Positions 33,130-45,538 of a stretch of DNA of 64,000 nucleotides are shown in pieces (the stretch's first letter is position 1; every line of letters starts with the position of its first letter). The stretch is taken from positions 1-64,000 of the forward strand of contig JAPDFW010000112.1 of NCBI GenBank assembly GCA_028826165.1, in the 5' to 3' direction. The notes under the pieces were generated by a model. That model did no database searches and was not told the DNA's origin. It saw nothing but the letters and a program-made list of their open reading frames with translations. The position numbers were made by a program, and so were the translations under genes. Origin of the DNA: Anaeramoeba ignava BMAN. Its lineage: Eukaryota > Protista > Anaeramoebae.

Positions 33130-34874
33130 TTAAATGAAATAAGTTTCAAGTTCATCAACAACCCATGAACTAAGAGAACCAGCTAAATAACTTTTACCTG
33201 AATCTGTATCAAAAGTAATTCCATTAGGTAGATTATAACTTTTACCAAAATTTGATTGACCTGTTTTTAAATCAGAATTTAATAGAAAATCACTTCCATT
33301 ACCAAACCATGGACCATTACTTAAAGCAGAAAGAATTGCATATTGAGGTTGTTTAATTGTAAACTTTGCAGGTATTCTATCTCCTTTATCATTTCTTAAT
33401 GAAAAAATAAATGCATTTGAGTCATTAATCCATTCTGCATTTGAATGTTTAAATCCAACTTGAGTAAAACCTCCAAAAATAAAATTATCTTTTGTTTTGA
33501 TAATAATTAATGTTTTTCCTTTCCCATCAACTGCTTTATGCCAATTTTGAGAATTAAATCCATCTCTTTTTGCTGAAAATCCTTTTTTCATTTTAGAAAA
33601 AAAATCATTATCATTTATCCATTCTTGTAATTTCTTAACATATTCAATATCTTGAATAATTTCTGAATCTGAAAATTGAGGAAAATTCTTTTGTAATTCC
33701 ATTTCTTGTTTCATTTTCTCAATTTCTTTCTTCCATTTCTCTTCAATTTCAATTTTCATTTGTTGATTTTCTTTCTCTTTATTCTCAACTTCTTTCTTCC
33801 ATTTCTCTTCAATCTCAATTTTCATTTGTTGATTTTCTTTGTTTTTATCATCAACTTCTTTCTTCCATCTCTCTTCAATTTCTTGTTTTTGTTCTTGATT
33901 TTCTTTGTTTTTATCTTCAATTTCTTTGTTTTTATCTTCAATTTCCTTTTCTTTGTTTTCAATTTCTTTATTTTTATCTTCAATTTCCTTCTCTTTGTTT
34001 TCAATTTCTTTTTGATTATCTTGAATAACTTTGTTTTGAATATCAACTAAAAAAGATTTAGGGAAAAAATCAAATTGTTTTAATTTATCAAAATCTTGTT
34101 TTGAAATTGAATCTTTATCAAATAATGAAAAAAAAGAATGAAATAATCTTTTCTTTTCAATTCCCTTTTCTTTTTCTTTTTCTTTTTCTTTCTTTCCTTT
34201 TAATCTTTGATTTCTTTTTCAATCCAATTATTCAAAAATTGAAAAAAAATCAAATTGAAAAATTTCTTTTTCTTGTTTAAATTGAATAAATTTGATAATT
34301 TCTTCTTTAGTTAAATTGAATAAATTCTCATTATTTTGAATTTGGGAAAAATTTTGATTTATTAATTCAAAACATTTTATTTCAATTTTATTTGAATTTA
34401 AATTTCGATTTTGGAATAAAAATTGGAAAAAATTTGAATAATTAATTGAATTTAAAATTTTTTTTTGAATAATTTCTTTCAATAAATTTAATTTAAAATA
34501 AATTGAAATTTCTAATAATTGAATAAGATTTTCTTGATTCTCAAAAGAAATATTTCCATAATAAATATAACTCAAAATTGATTCCATTTCTCTTTTTATT
34601 AAATTGATTTAAAGAAATAGAAAGAGATTCTTGCCTTAATGATTCATTAAAAAGGAGATCTTGAAGATAAAATTGATTTATGAACTTTAATTTCAAAAGG
34701 ATTTGATTTATTCTCAACAAAAATTGAAAAATCTTTAAATGAATTTCCATTTAAAAGGTTTGAATAATCTTTAATTAAATTTTTTGTTACTTTTTTTTCT
34801 AAATTTTTCATTTCATTTTCATTTTGATTTTGATTTGCATTTTCAATTTGGTTATTATTATTATTGTTATCCAT
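33130..34874 (-). CDS. BTB-(BACK)-coiled coil-TLDc protein, intronless, with at least 2 frameshifts (about 34650 and 34240)
   Basis: FKDFSIFV...VHKSILSSRSPF/FNE...ILSYIYYG (BTB); DSEII...FSAKRDGF...WHKAVDGKGKTLIIIKTKDNFIFGGFT...GPWFG...VDELETY (TLDc). Breaks are next to T/A runs. Confidence 0.85.
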
Positions 34875-35269
34875 TTTGTTTTTGTGTTTTTGTTTTTTGT
34901 TTTTGTTTTTGTGTTTTTGTTTTTAAAAAGGAAAAATGAAAAAAAAAATTTAACAAAAAAAAATAAAAAGTGGATTTTGAAAATAAATAAAAATATAAAA
35001 AATAAGAATAAATTTAAATTAATAATTAATTTAATTTTCTTTTTAATTTATTATTTTAAATTAATTTATTAATAAATTATTATTTTTTTTATTAATTTTT
35101 TTTATTAAAAAAAAAGGAAAATTATTTTAATTTAATTTTTAATTTAATTTTTTTTTTAAAATTATTAATAATAAATTTAAATTTTAAAAACAAATTTCCA
35201 AATTAATATTAATTCAATTTAATTCAAAAAAAAAGATAAAATTTTAATTTCAAAAATCAATTTTCAAAA

Positions 35270-36230
35270 TATTTTTAAATAATAAAATATTTAAATCTAA
35301 AACAATAAATTATTATTTTAATAATAAAATTAAATATTAAATTATATTTTTAAATTGATTTTAAATTAAATATTAAATTAAATCTGTTCTCAAAATATTT
35401 TTTTAAATATTTAAAAAAAATAAAAATTTAAAACATTAAATTATTATTTTAATAATAAAATTAAATATTAAATTATATTTTTAAATTAATTTATAAATTA
35501 AATATTAAATTAAATCTATTCTCATTTTTATATTTATATGTTAAATATTTAAATAATAAAATATTTAAATCTAAAACATTAAATTATTATTTTAATAATG
35601 AAATTAAATATTAAATTATATTTTTAAATTGATTTCTAAATTAAATATTAAATTAAATCTATTCTTATTTTATATTTTTATGTTAAATATTTAAATAATA
35701 AAATATTTTTAAAACATTAAAATTTATTATTTTAATAATAAAATTAAATATTAAATTATATTTTTAAATTAATTTATAAATTAAATATTAAATTAAATTT
35801 TTATATTTATATGTTAAATATTTAAATTAAAATATTTTAAATTAAAAAATATATTTTTATTTTTAATAATAAAATTAAATATTAAATTATATTTTTAAAT
35901 TAATTTATAAATTAAAATAAATTAAATCTATTCTTATTTTTATATTTATATGTTAAAATATTTAAATAATAAAATATTTAAAATCTAAAACATTAAATTA
36001 TTATTTTAATAATAAAATTAAATATTAAATTATATTTTTAAATTAATTTATAAATTAAATATTAAATTAAATCTATTCTCATTTTTTATATTTATATGTT
36101 AAATATTTAAATAATAAAATATTTAAATCTAAAACATTAAATTATTATTTTAATAATAAAATTAAATATTAAATTATATTTTTAAATTAATTTATAAATT
36201 AAATATTAAATTAAATCTATTCTTATTTTC
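35270..36230. repeat. About 7 copies of a ~140-bp AT-rich tandem repeat
   Basis: AAATCTAAAACA recurs at about 35293, 35567, 35981 and 36125, with variant units between. Confidence 0.85.
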
Positions 36231-36240
36231 TTTATTGATT

Positions 36241-38071
36241 TTAATTATTAAATTTGTTAATTAATAAATCAAATAAATTTGGATTTGTTTGATTTAATTG
36301 AAAATAATCAATTCCAAATTTAATTTCATCAATTATTTCTTTTGTAATTTGAATTCCATCTTTAATTTGATTTGAATAAATCCAATATTCAAATATTTGA
36401 AATGATTTATTACTTAATTCACTATAATCTGTAACTTTATTAGATTTATCTTCAGTTACAGATAAAAACATTCCTCGATATAATTCACTTCTCATTATTA
36501 ATATTAATTTAGGAAATTTATATTGTTTTTCTTTTCTTTCAATAACAAAATCTTTTTCGTTTTCATTTTCATTTAAATAAATTCTTTTCATTGTTTCTTC
36601 TATTTTTTCATTTGAATTTATAATTTCTTTAATTTCAGAATATAATTTTGGATTTATTTTGGAATTGTTTGAATAAATCATTTCAAATATTTGATTTGAT
36701 TCTTTAATTGATTTTTTTGAAATAATTTCTTGAAGTTTTTCAATTTGATTTTCATTTTGATTTAATCTATATTTCAATATTAATTTATGAGCTTCGATTA
36801 CTTCTCCATTTTCGGTTTTAAATGAAATATCACAAAATTCTTTTCTTCTAAATAATTTTATCAAATCTTCTTCAATATTGGAAAAAGAAGGAGGAGAATA
36901 ATAAAGAAATGATTTTCGAAATCCAGAATAAATATGATAATTGGAAATATCTTCATTAAATCTTAATTTAGGAAGTTCAATTTGAATTGGAATATATTGA
37001 TACAAATATCTATTTCCATTTCCTAATTGACTAAAATTATTACTTCCAAATCCTATTAATTTTGAATTGGAAGTTAAAATCAAATTATGAAGATTTCCAA
37101 CAGAAAAATCAAGAATATAATCATCATTTTCAAATAAAGATGATTTGATTTCAGTAAACTCTCTTATATTTTCATTTTTGCCAAGTCCATTATATTTATA
37201 ATTTCCACATGAATAAAGTTTTCTTTTTGTATTTTGATTTTCATCTTCATCTTCAATCAACATTATGGAATGAGCATATCCACATTGAATATCAATTATT
37301 TTGCCTTTTGGAATATTTTGGATTTTGGTTAATTTTTGGATTTTAAAAATTAATGATTCTTTTGTTGATTCTCCTAATCCAAGTTGACCATAATAATTAT
37401 CCCCGCATCCAAATAATTCTTGATTTGAATTTAAAAGAAAAACATGATGTGAAGAACTTCCTGAAAATATTTTAGAAACATTTTTCATCATTAAAATTGG
37501 TTTTTCTGTTTCTTTAAATGCTTCAGAATCAAAACCAAGTTGACCATATTGATTTGAACCAATTCCGTAAACATTTTGATTTGAAGTTAATAAGTAAATT
37601 GAATTGTGTCCAGAAACAATATCTTGAATTATTCTATCATTTTTATCTTCAATTAATGATGAAATATTGATAAATTCTTTTGGATTATTTGGATTTATAT
37701 CTTCTCCTTTGGCAAATACATTTCCTTCTATTCTTAAAATAGCTTCATTTTGATGTCCAACAGTTACTTTTTGAATATTTTCAATTTGGATTTTTTGAAG
37801 ATATGATTTTGGATTATTTTGTCTTAAATATTCTATTGCTTTTCCATTTTTAAAAAGGAAAATTGTTGAAAAATAACTTGAAACGATTTGTTTAATTTGT
37901 TTTTCATTTTCATTTTCATTTTCATTTTCATTTTCATTTTCATTTTCATTTTCATTTTCATTTTCATTTTCATTTCTCAAATTTAAATTGAATTGGTTTT
38001 GTTATTATATTTGGTTTATTTTTTAAAAGGGTTGGTGATTGATTTGAACCAAAAAATAAACAATCATTCAT
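36241..38071 (-). CDS. RCC1-repeat + tandem BTB protein, copy A, intronless; +1 frameshift at about 37975
   Basis: ATG at 38071 (MNDCLFFGSNQSP..., homologous to copy B); GSNQYGQLG, GDNYYGQLG, IQCGYAHS; FCDISF...AHKLIL; RSELYRGMF. Confidence 0.85.
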
Positions 38072-38109
38072 TTTTAAAAAGAAAAAAATGAAAAAAATGA
38101 AAAAAATGA

Positions 38110-38213
38110 AATTTTAATTTTAATTTTAATTTTAATTTTAATTTTTAATTTTTTTTTTAATTTTAATTTTTAATTTTTATTTTAATTTTAATTTTAATTT
38201 TAATTTTAATTTT

Positions 38214-38299
<86 letters not shown>

Positions 38300-38338
38300 C
38301 CAATCAATCAAACCAACCACCATCAATCAATCAACCAC

Positions 38339-38371
<33 letters not shown>

Positions 38372-38925
38372 CAATCCAATCAATCACCATCACCACCAAC
38401 CAACCAACCAACCACCAATACAATTACCACCAACCACCACCAATCAACCAACCACCAACCACCACCAAATCAATACCAATCCACCAATCAACCAATTAAA
38501 CCAATTACCAATCACCACCACCAATTCAATCAATCAATTAATCACCAAAATTACCAATTCCAATCAATTTCCAATCCAATCAATCAATTGATCAACCACC
38601 AATCAAAATTAACCAATCAATCAATTACCATCAATCAATCAGTAATCAATCAATCAAAATCACCACAAAAATACCAAAATCACCACCAAAATTAAAAAAT
38701 CAACCAAAAATCAATCAAAATCAATCAATCAATCAAAAATCAATCAATCAAAATTTAAATCAAAATCAAATTAAAAATCAAAATTAAAATTAAAATCAAA
38801 ATTAAAATTAAAATTAAAAATAAAAATTAAAATTAAAATCAAAATTAAAATTAAAATTAAAATTAAAATTAAAATCAAAATTAAAATTAAAATTAAAACT
38901 AAAATTAAAATCAAAATCAAAATCC
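38110..38925. repeat. Spacer of the inverted RCC1-BTB pair: (TTTTAA)n - degenerate (CAAT/CCAA)n - (AAAATT)n
   Basis: The flanking hexamer tracts are reverse complements. The centre is an irregular CAAT repeat. Confidence 0.85.
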
Positions 38926-38966
38926 AAAAATCATTTTTCATTTTTTTCATTTTTTTCTTTTCAAAA

Positions 38967-40886
38967 ATGAATGAAATTATATTTTTTGGTTCAAATCAAT
39001 CACCAACCCTTTTAAAAAATAAACCAAATATAATAACAAAACCAATTCAATTTAAATTTGAAAATGAAAATGAAAATGAAAATGAAAATGATAATGAAAA
39101 ACAAATTAAACAAATTTCAACAGGAAATTTTTCAACAATTTTCCTTTTTAAAAATGGAAAAGCAATAGAATATTTAACTGAAAATGATTCAAAACCAAAT
39201 CCTAAAAAAATTCAAATTGAAGAAAATATTCAAAAATTAGCTATTGGATATTATAATCAAGCTATTTTAACAATAGAAGGAAATGTATTTGCCAAAGGAA
39301 AAGATATTAATCCAAAAATTCAAATCAATTTATCAATATCTCATCATTAGTTGAAGATAAAAATGATAGAATAATTCAAGATATTGTTTCTGGTTCTAGT
39401 TCAATTTATTTATTAACTTCAAATCAAAATGCTTACGAAATTGGCGATAATTCTGATGGTCAACTTGGTTTTGATTCTGAAACATTTAAAAACAGAAAAA
39501 CCAATTTTAATGATGAAAAATGTTTCTAAAATATTTTCAGGAAGTTCTTCACATCATGTTTTTCTTTTAAATTCAAATCAAGAATTATTTGGATGCGGGG
39601 ATAATTATTATGGTCAACTTGGATTAGGAGAATCAACAAAAGAATCATTAATTTTTAAAATCCAAAAATTAACCAAAATCCAAAATATTCCAAAAGGCAA
39701 AATAATTGATATTCAATGTGGAGATGCTCATTCCATAATGTTGATTGAAGATGAAGATGAAAATCAAAATCCAAAAAGAAAACTTTATTCATGTGGATAT
39801 TATCAAAATAATGGACTTGACAAAAATGAAAATATAAGAGAGTTTACTGAAATCAAATCATCCTTATTTGAAAATGATTATATTCTTGATTTTTCTGTTG
39901 GAAGATACCATAATTTGATTTTCACATCCAATTCAAAATTAATAGGATTTGGATTAAATGATTTTAGTCAATTAGGAACTGGAGATACAAATGATCAACC
40001 AATTCCAATTCAAATTGAACTTCCTAAATTAAGATTTAATGAAGATATTTCCAATTATCATATTTATTCTGGAACTTGGAGTTCATTTCTTTATTATTCC
40101 CCTCCTTCTTTTTCCAATCTTGAAGAAGATTTGATAAAATTATTTGGAAGAAAAGAATTTTGTAATATTTCATTTAAAACCGAAAATGGAGAAATAATTG
40201 AAGCTCATAAATTAATATTGAAATATAGATTAAATCAAAATCAAAATCAAATTGAAAAACTTCAAGAAATTATTTCAAAAAAATCAATTAAAGAATCAAA
40301 TCAAATATTTGAAATGATTTATTCAAACAATTCCAAAATAAATCCAAAATTATATTCTGAAATTAAAGAAATTATAAATTTAAATGAAAAAATTGAAGAA
40401 ACAATTAAAAGAATTTATTTAAATGAAAATGAAAAAGATTTTATAATTGAAAGAAAAGAAAAACAATATAAATTTCCAAAATTAATATTAATAATGAGAA
40501 GTGAATTATATCGAGGAATGTTTTTATCTGTAACAGAAGATAAATCTAATAAAGTTACAGATTATAGTGAATTAAGTAATAAATCATTTCAAATATTTGA
40601 ATATTGGATTTATTCAAATCAAATTAAAAATGAAATTCAAATTACACAAGAAATGATTGATGAACTTCAAATTGGAATTGATTATTTTCAATTAAATCAA
40701 ACAAATCCAAATTTATTTGATTTATTAATTAACAAATTTAATAATCAAAATTCAAATACAAATCAAGAAAAGAAAAGAACAAGAGAATTTATAAATCAAT
40801 TAAATCAAACAAATCAAAATTTATTGAATTTATTAATTAACAAATTTAATAATCAAAATCAAAATCAAAATCAAAATTCAAATTGA
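38967..40886 (+). CDS. RCC1-repeat + tandem BTB protein, copy B, intronless; frameshifts at about 39320 and 39485
   Basis: ORFs 38967-39350 and 39429-40886 align with copy A once the frameshifts are corrected. Confidence 0.85.
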
Positions 40887-40969
40887 ACAATTTTAGAAAT
40901 GTTGTCTTGATATTTATTTTCAAAAACTATTTTTTTTTTGGAAAACAAATCAAAAAATTCTTTTAAAAA

Positions 40970-41120
40970 TTAAAAATAATCTGAAGAGACAAACCACTCA
41001 TTTTCTGAATAATTTTTCTTTTTTTCAAATTCTGGTAAAGTTCCATCATCAATTTCAATACTACTCATTTCTAAAAAAAAATAATAAATGAATAAATAAA
41101 TAAATAAATAAATAAATGAA

Positions 41121-41183
<63 letters not shown>

Positions 41184-42934
41184 ATGAATAAATGAATAAA
41201 TACCAATTTCATCTTGTTTTTGTTTTCTAATAGGTATTTTCGGTCCTAACATCATTAAACCAGAAACTATTAAAAGACAACCAGCTATCCAAAAACCTAA
41301 TCTATAATTTGCATCAAAAATACTTCCACCAACAATAGGACCAATAGTTCTACTTAAGGCGGATAAACTCTGAGCAAGTCCCATAATTGTTCCTATTTTT
41401 AAATTTCAATTTCCAATAAATGATTGTGATTTTGATTTTGGTTTTTAAATTCAAAAATACCTCTATCAGTCCTTTTTGTTGTAAAAGAAATTAAAGACAT
41501 AATGCAAGGTAAACGAAAAGCAGAAGAAATTGAAACCAGAAACATCATAAGAATATCTTTTTTCACAGTTGTAGCTTCAGGAACAATAAAAATCATAGCA
41601 CCTCCAAAAGGAACCATAATATAAACCATAGTTTGTAAATGAATTTTTTTAGTCAAAGTACCAATAGCACCTCCTTGAATCACTAAAAGAACAATTCCCA
41701 TCATCATATAAATGTATCCAATATTTGATTCAGTCAACCCAAATCTCAATTTTGCACAAAGCATTGGATAAATAATCAAAACGCCAGTAAATCCAAGATT
41801 AGAAAGAAATAGAGACAATTGGAAACGAACAAGAAAAGGTCTTTTGATTAATAATACAAGAGCTTTGAATGTTGTTAATCCTTCAACAGGAACATCTTCA
41901 GCAATTGCAACAATTTGTTTGAATTTCAGTGATTTTTTAACAACATAAGTTTCTTTTAAAAAAAATATTGCAAAAACAAATCCAATAAAAGTCAAAATGG
42001 CGCTTATATAACAAGCTCCTTTTAATTGCCATTTACTCACTGATGAACCTATTGTTGGTCCTATTGCTAATGCAAATCCAAATATTCCTCCAAAAAATCC
42101 TAAGTATTTTGCTCTATATTGAATAGGAACAACATCTGTAATCATTGCATTTGTTAAGGAAATGAATCCTCCAAAAAATCCAGTTAATCCTCTAAATAGA
42201 ATTAATTGAAGCAATGTTTTACTGAATGAAGTCACAAATAATCCAATCATTAATCCAAATAAACAAATCAATAGTAATTTCTTTCTTCCAAATGATTTAT
42301 CACTTAAAACTCCAAGAAAAAGACTTGATATAAATTGTGTTCCTGAATAAGCTGCTTCAATAACTCCAACTTTGAGTGCATTTGCTTGGAAATGTTCATA
42401 AGCATAAAATGGAATAATTGGAATTAAAATTGAAAAAGCAACAATTGCTATGAATAAACAGAAATAAATTGTTAAAACTGCAATTTTATCAACTTTTTCT
42501 ACTCCTTTTTCTTCATTATCATCATTTGAATCATCTTTTTTTGGATTTTTTTCTGGATTTTCTTTTGAATCTTCTTTTGGATTTTCTTTTGAATTTTCTT
42601 TTGAATTTTCATTTAAATTTTCTTTTGAATTTTCATTTAAATTTTCTTTTGAATTTTGAGTTTGAATTTGAATTTTCTTTTCATCTTGATTTGAAGTCCC
42701 ATTTGATTTTCCAGCTAAATTTTGATTTTGAATTTGAAATGGATTTTGTGATGTTGATGATTTATTATAATTGGAAACTGAACTTGTGATATTCATTATT
42801 GGAACTCTTGAATTTTGTTCCCTTCTTAGGTTTTGGAGATTAATACTTGTGTTGTTATTACTTTTATAATTTTCTTCAATAACAACTGAATTAATTTCTA
42901 TTTCTTCTTCTGTATCTATTTTTGGATTACTCAT
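40970..42934 (-). CDS. MFS transporter paralog 2; exons 42934-41461, 41392-41204, 41070-40970
   Basis: Same motifs and intron positions as paralog 1; ends EWFVSSDYF. Confidence 0.92.
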
Positions 42935-43369
42935 TAATTTAAAACTATTCTTTTAAAATTTTAAAATGAAATGAAATCAAAAAGGAAAAGAAAAAATAAT
43001 CTTTTTCGAATTTTTGTTTTTTTTCTCTTAAAAATTTAAAATTTGCCACGTTTATTTTAAACAAAAAAATTTTTTTTTTTCATTCTTTTTTCGTTTTTTT
43101 TTTTTTAACTAAAAAATATAAAAGAATAAAAATAACAACTGGCAATTTTGATCAAAAGAAATTTAACAATAAAAAAATTTTAATTTAATTTTTTTTTTGA
43201 TGAATGATAAAAACAATAAAAAAAAAAAAAATTAAAAATTAACCCCTTTTTTTGATTTGTTTTATTTATTTAATTTTTAACTTCAAGTTTTAATTGAAAT
43301 CAAATAATATTTTTTTTTTCAAATTAATTTTCAATTTTAAACAAAAGATTCGTGTTATTTTTTCTTATT

Positions 43370-43585
43370 AATTTCTTATTAAATTTTTGAATAAATTTTT
43401 GAATAATTTTTTAATTAAATTTTTTAATAAATTATTAATTAAATTTTTTAATAAATTATTGATTAAATTATTGATTAAATTTTTAATTAAATTTTTTATT
43501 AAATTATTTATTAAATTATTGATTAAATTATTGATTAAATTATTGATTAAATTATTGATTAAATTTTTGATTAAATTATTGATTA
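43370..43585. repeat. Intergenic 12-bp repeat (TTAAATTATTGA)n
   Basis: Source of the NNLI/IKLL spurious ORFs. Confidence 0.85.
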
Positions 43586-43725
43586 AATTTTTCTTTTTTT
43601 CCTTTTTTAAAAACAACAAAATTTTCTCAATAGATTTATTTTTTACTTTTCCTTTTATTTTCTTTTTTTTAAAAAACAATTTTTCAATACAAAAAAAAAA
43701 AGTGAAAAAAATCATTTCAAAAAAT

Positions 43726-45390
43726 TTAAAAATCATCAGAAGATTCGAACCATTTATTTTCTGAATAATTTTTCTTTTTTTCAAATTCTGGTAAAGTTTC
43801 TTGTTCAATTATAATATTATCCAATTCTAAATTAATTAAAAATAAAATAAAATTAGATTTAATTTAAATTTTTAAATTTAAAATAAAATATAAATAAATA
43901 CCAATTTCATCTTGTTTTTTTCTAAATGGGATTTTCGATCCAATCATCATTATTCCAGCTAATATCAAAAGACCACCAGCAATCCAAAAACCTAATTTAT
44001 AATTTGCATCAAAAATACTTCCACCAACAATAGGACCAATAGTTCTACTTAAAGCCATTGAACTTTGAGCAAGTCCCATAATTGTTCCTATTTTTAATTA
44101 TAAAAATTATTTCATTTTGAATTTTAATTATCCAAAAATAAAAAAGTGGAATATTCCAATTTCAATTCAATTATTTTGATTTCAAAAAATACCTTTATCA
44201 GTTGTTTTTGTTGTGAAAGAAATTAAAGCCATAATGCAAGGTTGTCTAAAAGCAGATGAAACCGAAATAAAAAACATAACAATAATATCAGTAGTTTTAG
44301 TTGTAGCTTCAGGAAGAATAAAAAGCATAATTCCTCCAAATGGAACCATAACATAAACTAGTGTTTGTAAATGGATTTTTTTAGATAAAGCACGTATAGA
44401 TCCTCCTTGAATTATTAATAACATAAATCCAGTCATCATATAAATATATCCAATATTTGATTCATTCAATCCATTATTTAACTTGGCAACAAGAAGTGGA
44501 TAAGTAATCAAGAGTGAAACATATCCAGTTCTTGCAAAGAAAAAAGCAATTTGGAAACGAACAAGAAAAGGTCTTTTCAAAAGTAATCCAATAGCTTTGA
44601 ATGTTGTTAATCCTTCAACAGGAATTTCTTCAGCAATTGCAATAATTTGTTTAAATTTCATTTTCTTTTTAACAACATAAGTTTCTTTTAAAAATATTAA
44701 AGCAAAAATAAATCCCATAAGCGTCAAAATAGAACTTGCATAACAAGCTCCTTTTAATTCCCATTTACTTAATGCTGATCCTATTGTTGGTCCTATTGCT
44801 ATCCCAAATCCAACAACAGCTCCAGAAAGTCCTAAATATTTTGCTCTATATTGAATAGGAACTATATCTGTAATCATTGCATTTGCTAATGAATTTAATC
44901 CTCCAAAAAATCCAGTTAATCCTCTAAATAAAATTAATTGAAGTAATGTTTGACTAAATGAAGTAACAAATAATCCAATCATTAATCCAAATAAACAAAA
45001 TACTAATAATTTCTTTCTTCCAAATGATTTATCACTTAAAACTCCAAGAAAAAGATTTGATATAAATTGTGTTCCTGAATAAGCTGCTTCAATTATTCCA
45101 ATTTGTAATGCAGTTGCTCCAAATTTTTTAAGTGCATAAAATGGAATAATTGGAACTAAAATTGAAAAAGCAACAATTGATAAAAATAAACAGAAATAAA
45201 TTGTATAAACTGATGCTTTATCAAGTTCATCTTCTTCTTTTTTCTTTTTTGATTTTTCATTTTCATTTTCATTTTCATTTTGATTTTCATTTTCATTTTC
45301 ATTTATGTTCGTTTTCTTTTTCTTTTTTTCTTCAATTACAACTGAATTAATTTCTATTTCTTCTTCTGTATCTATTTTTGAATTATTCAT
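43726..45390 (-). CDS. MFS transporter paralog 3; exons 45390-44193, 44087-43902, 43826-43726
   Basis: Same motifs and intron positions; ends KWFESSDDF. Confidence 0.92.
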
Positions 45391-45538
45391 TAATTTAAAA
45401 CTATTTTTAAATTTTTATATTTTATCTTTAAAAGAAAAAAAAAAGAAAAAGAAGAAGAAAAATGAAATTTTTCATTTTCTATTTATTATTTATTTTTGAA
45501 TAAAAAAAAATAGAAAAAATATATGATTTTCTTTTAAA

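Noticed and set aside
38217-38750. Irregular CAAT/CCAA tract as an RNA gene or coded signal
   Set aside because: It looks like a degenerate microsatellite or low-quality consensus at the centre of an inverted repeat.
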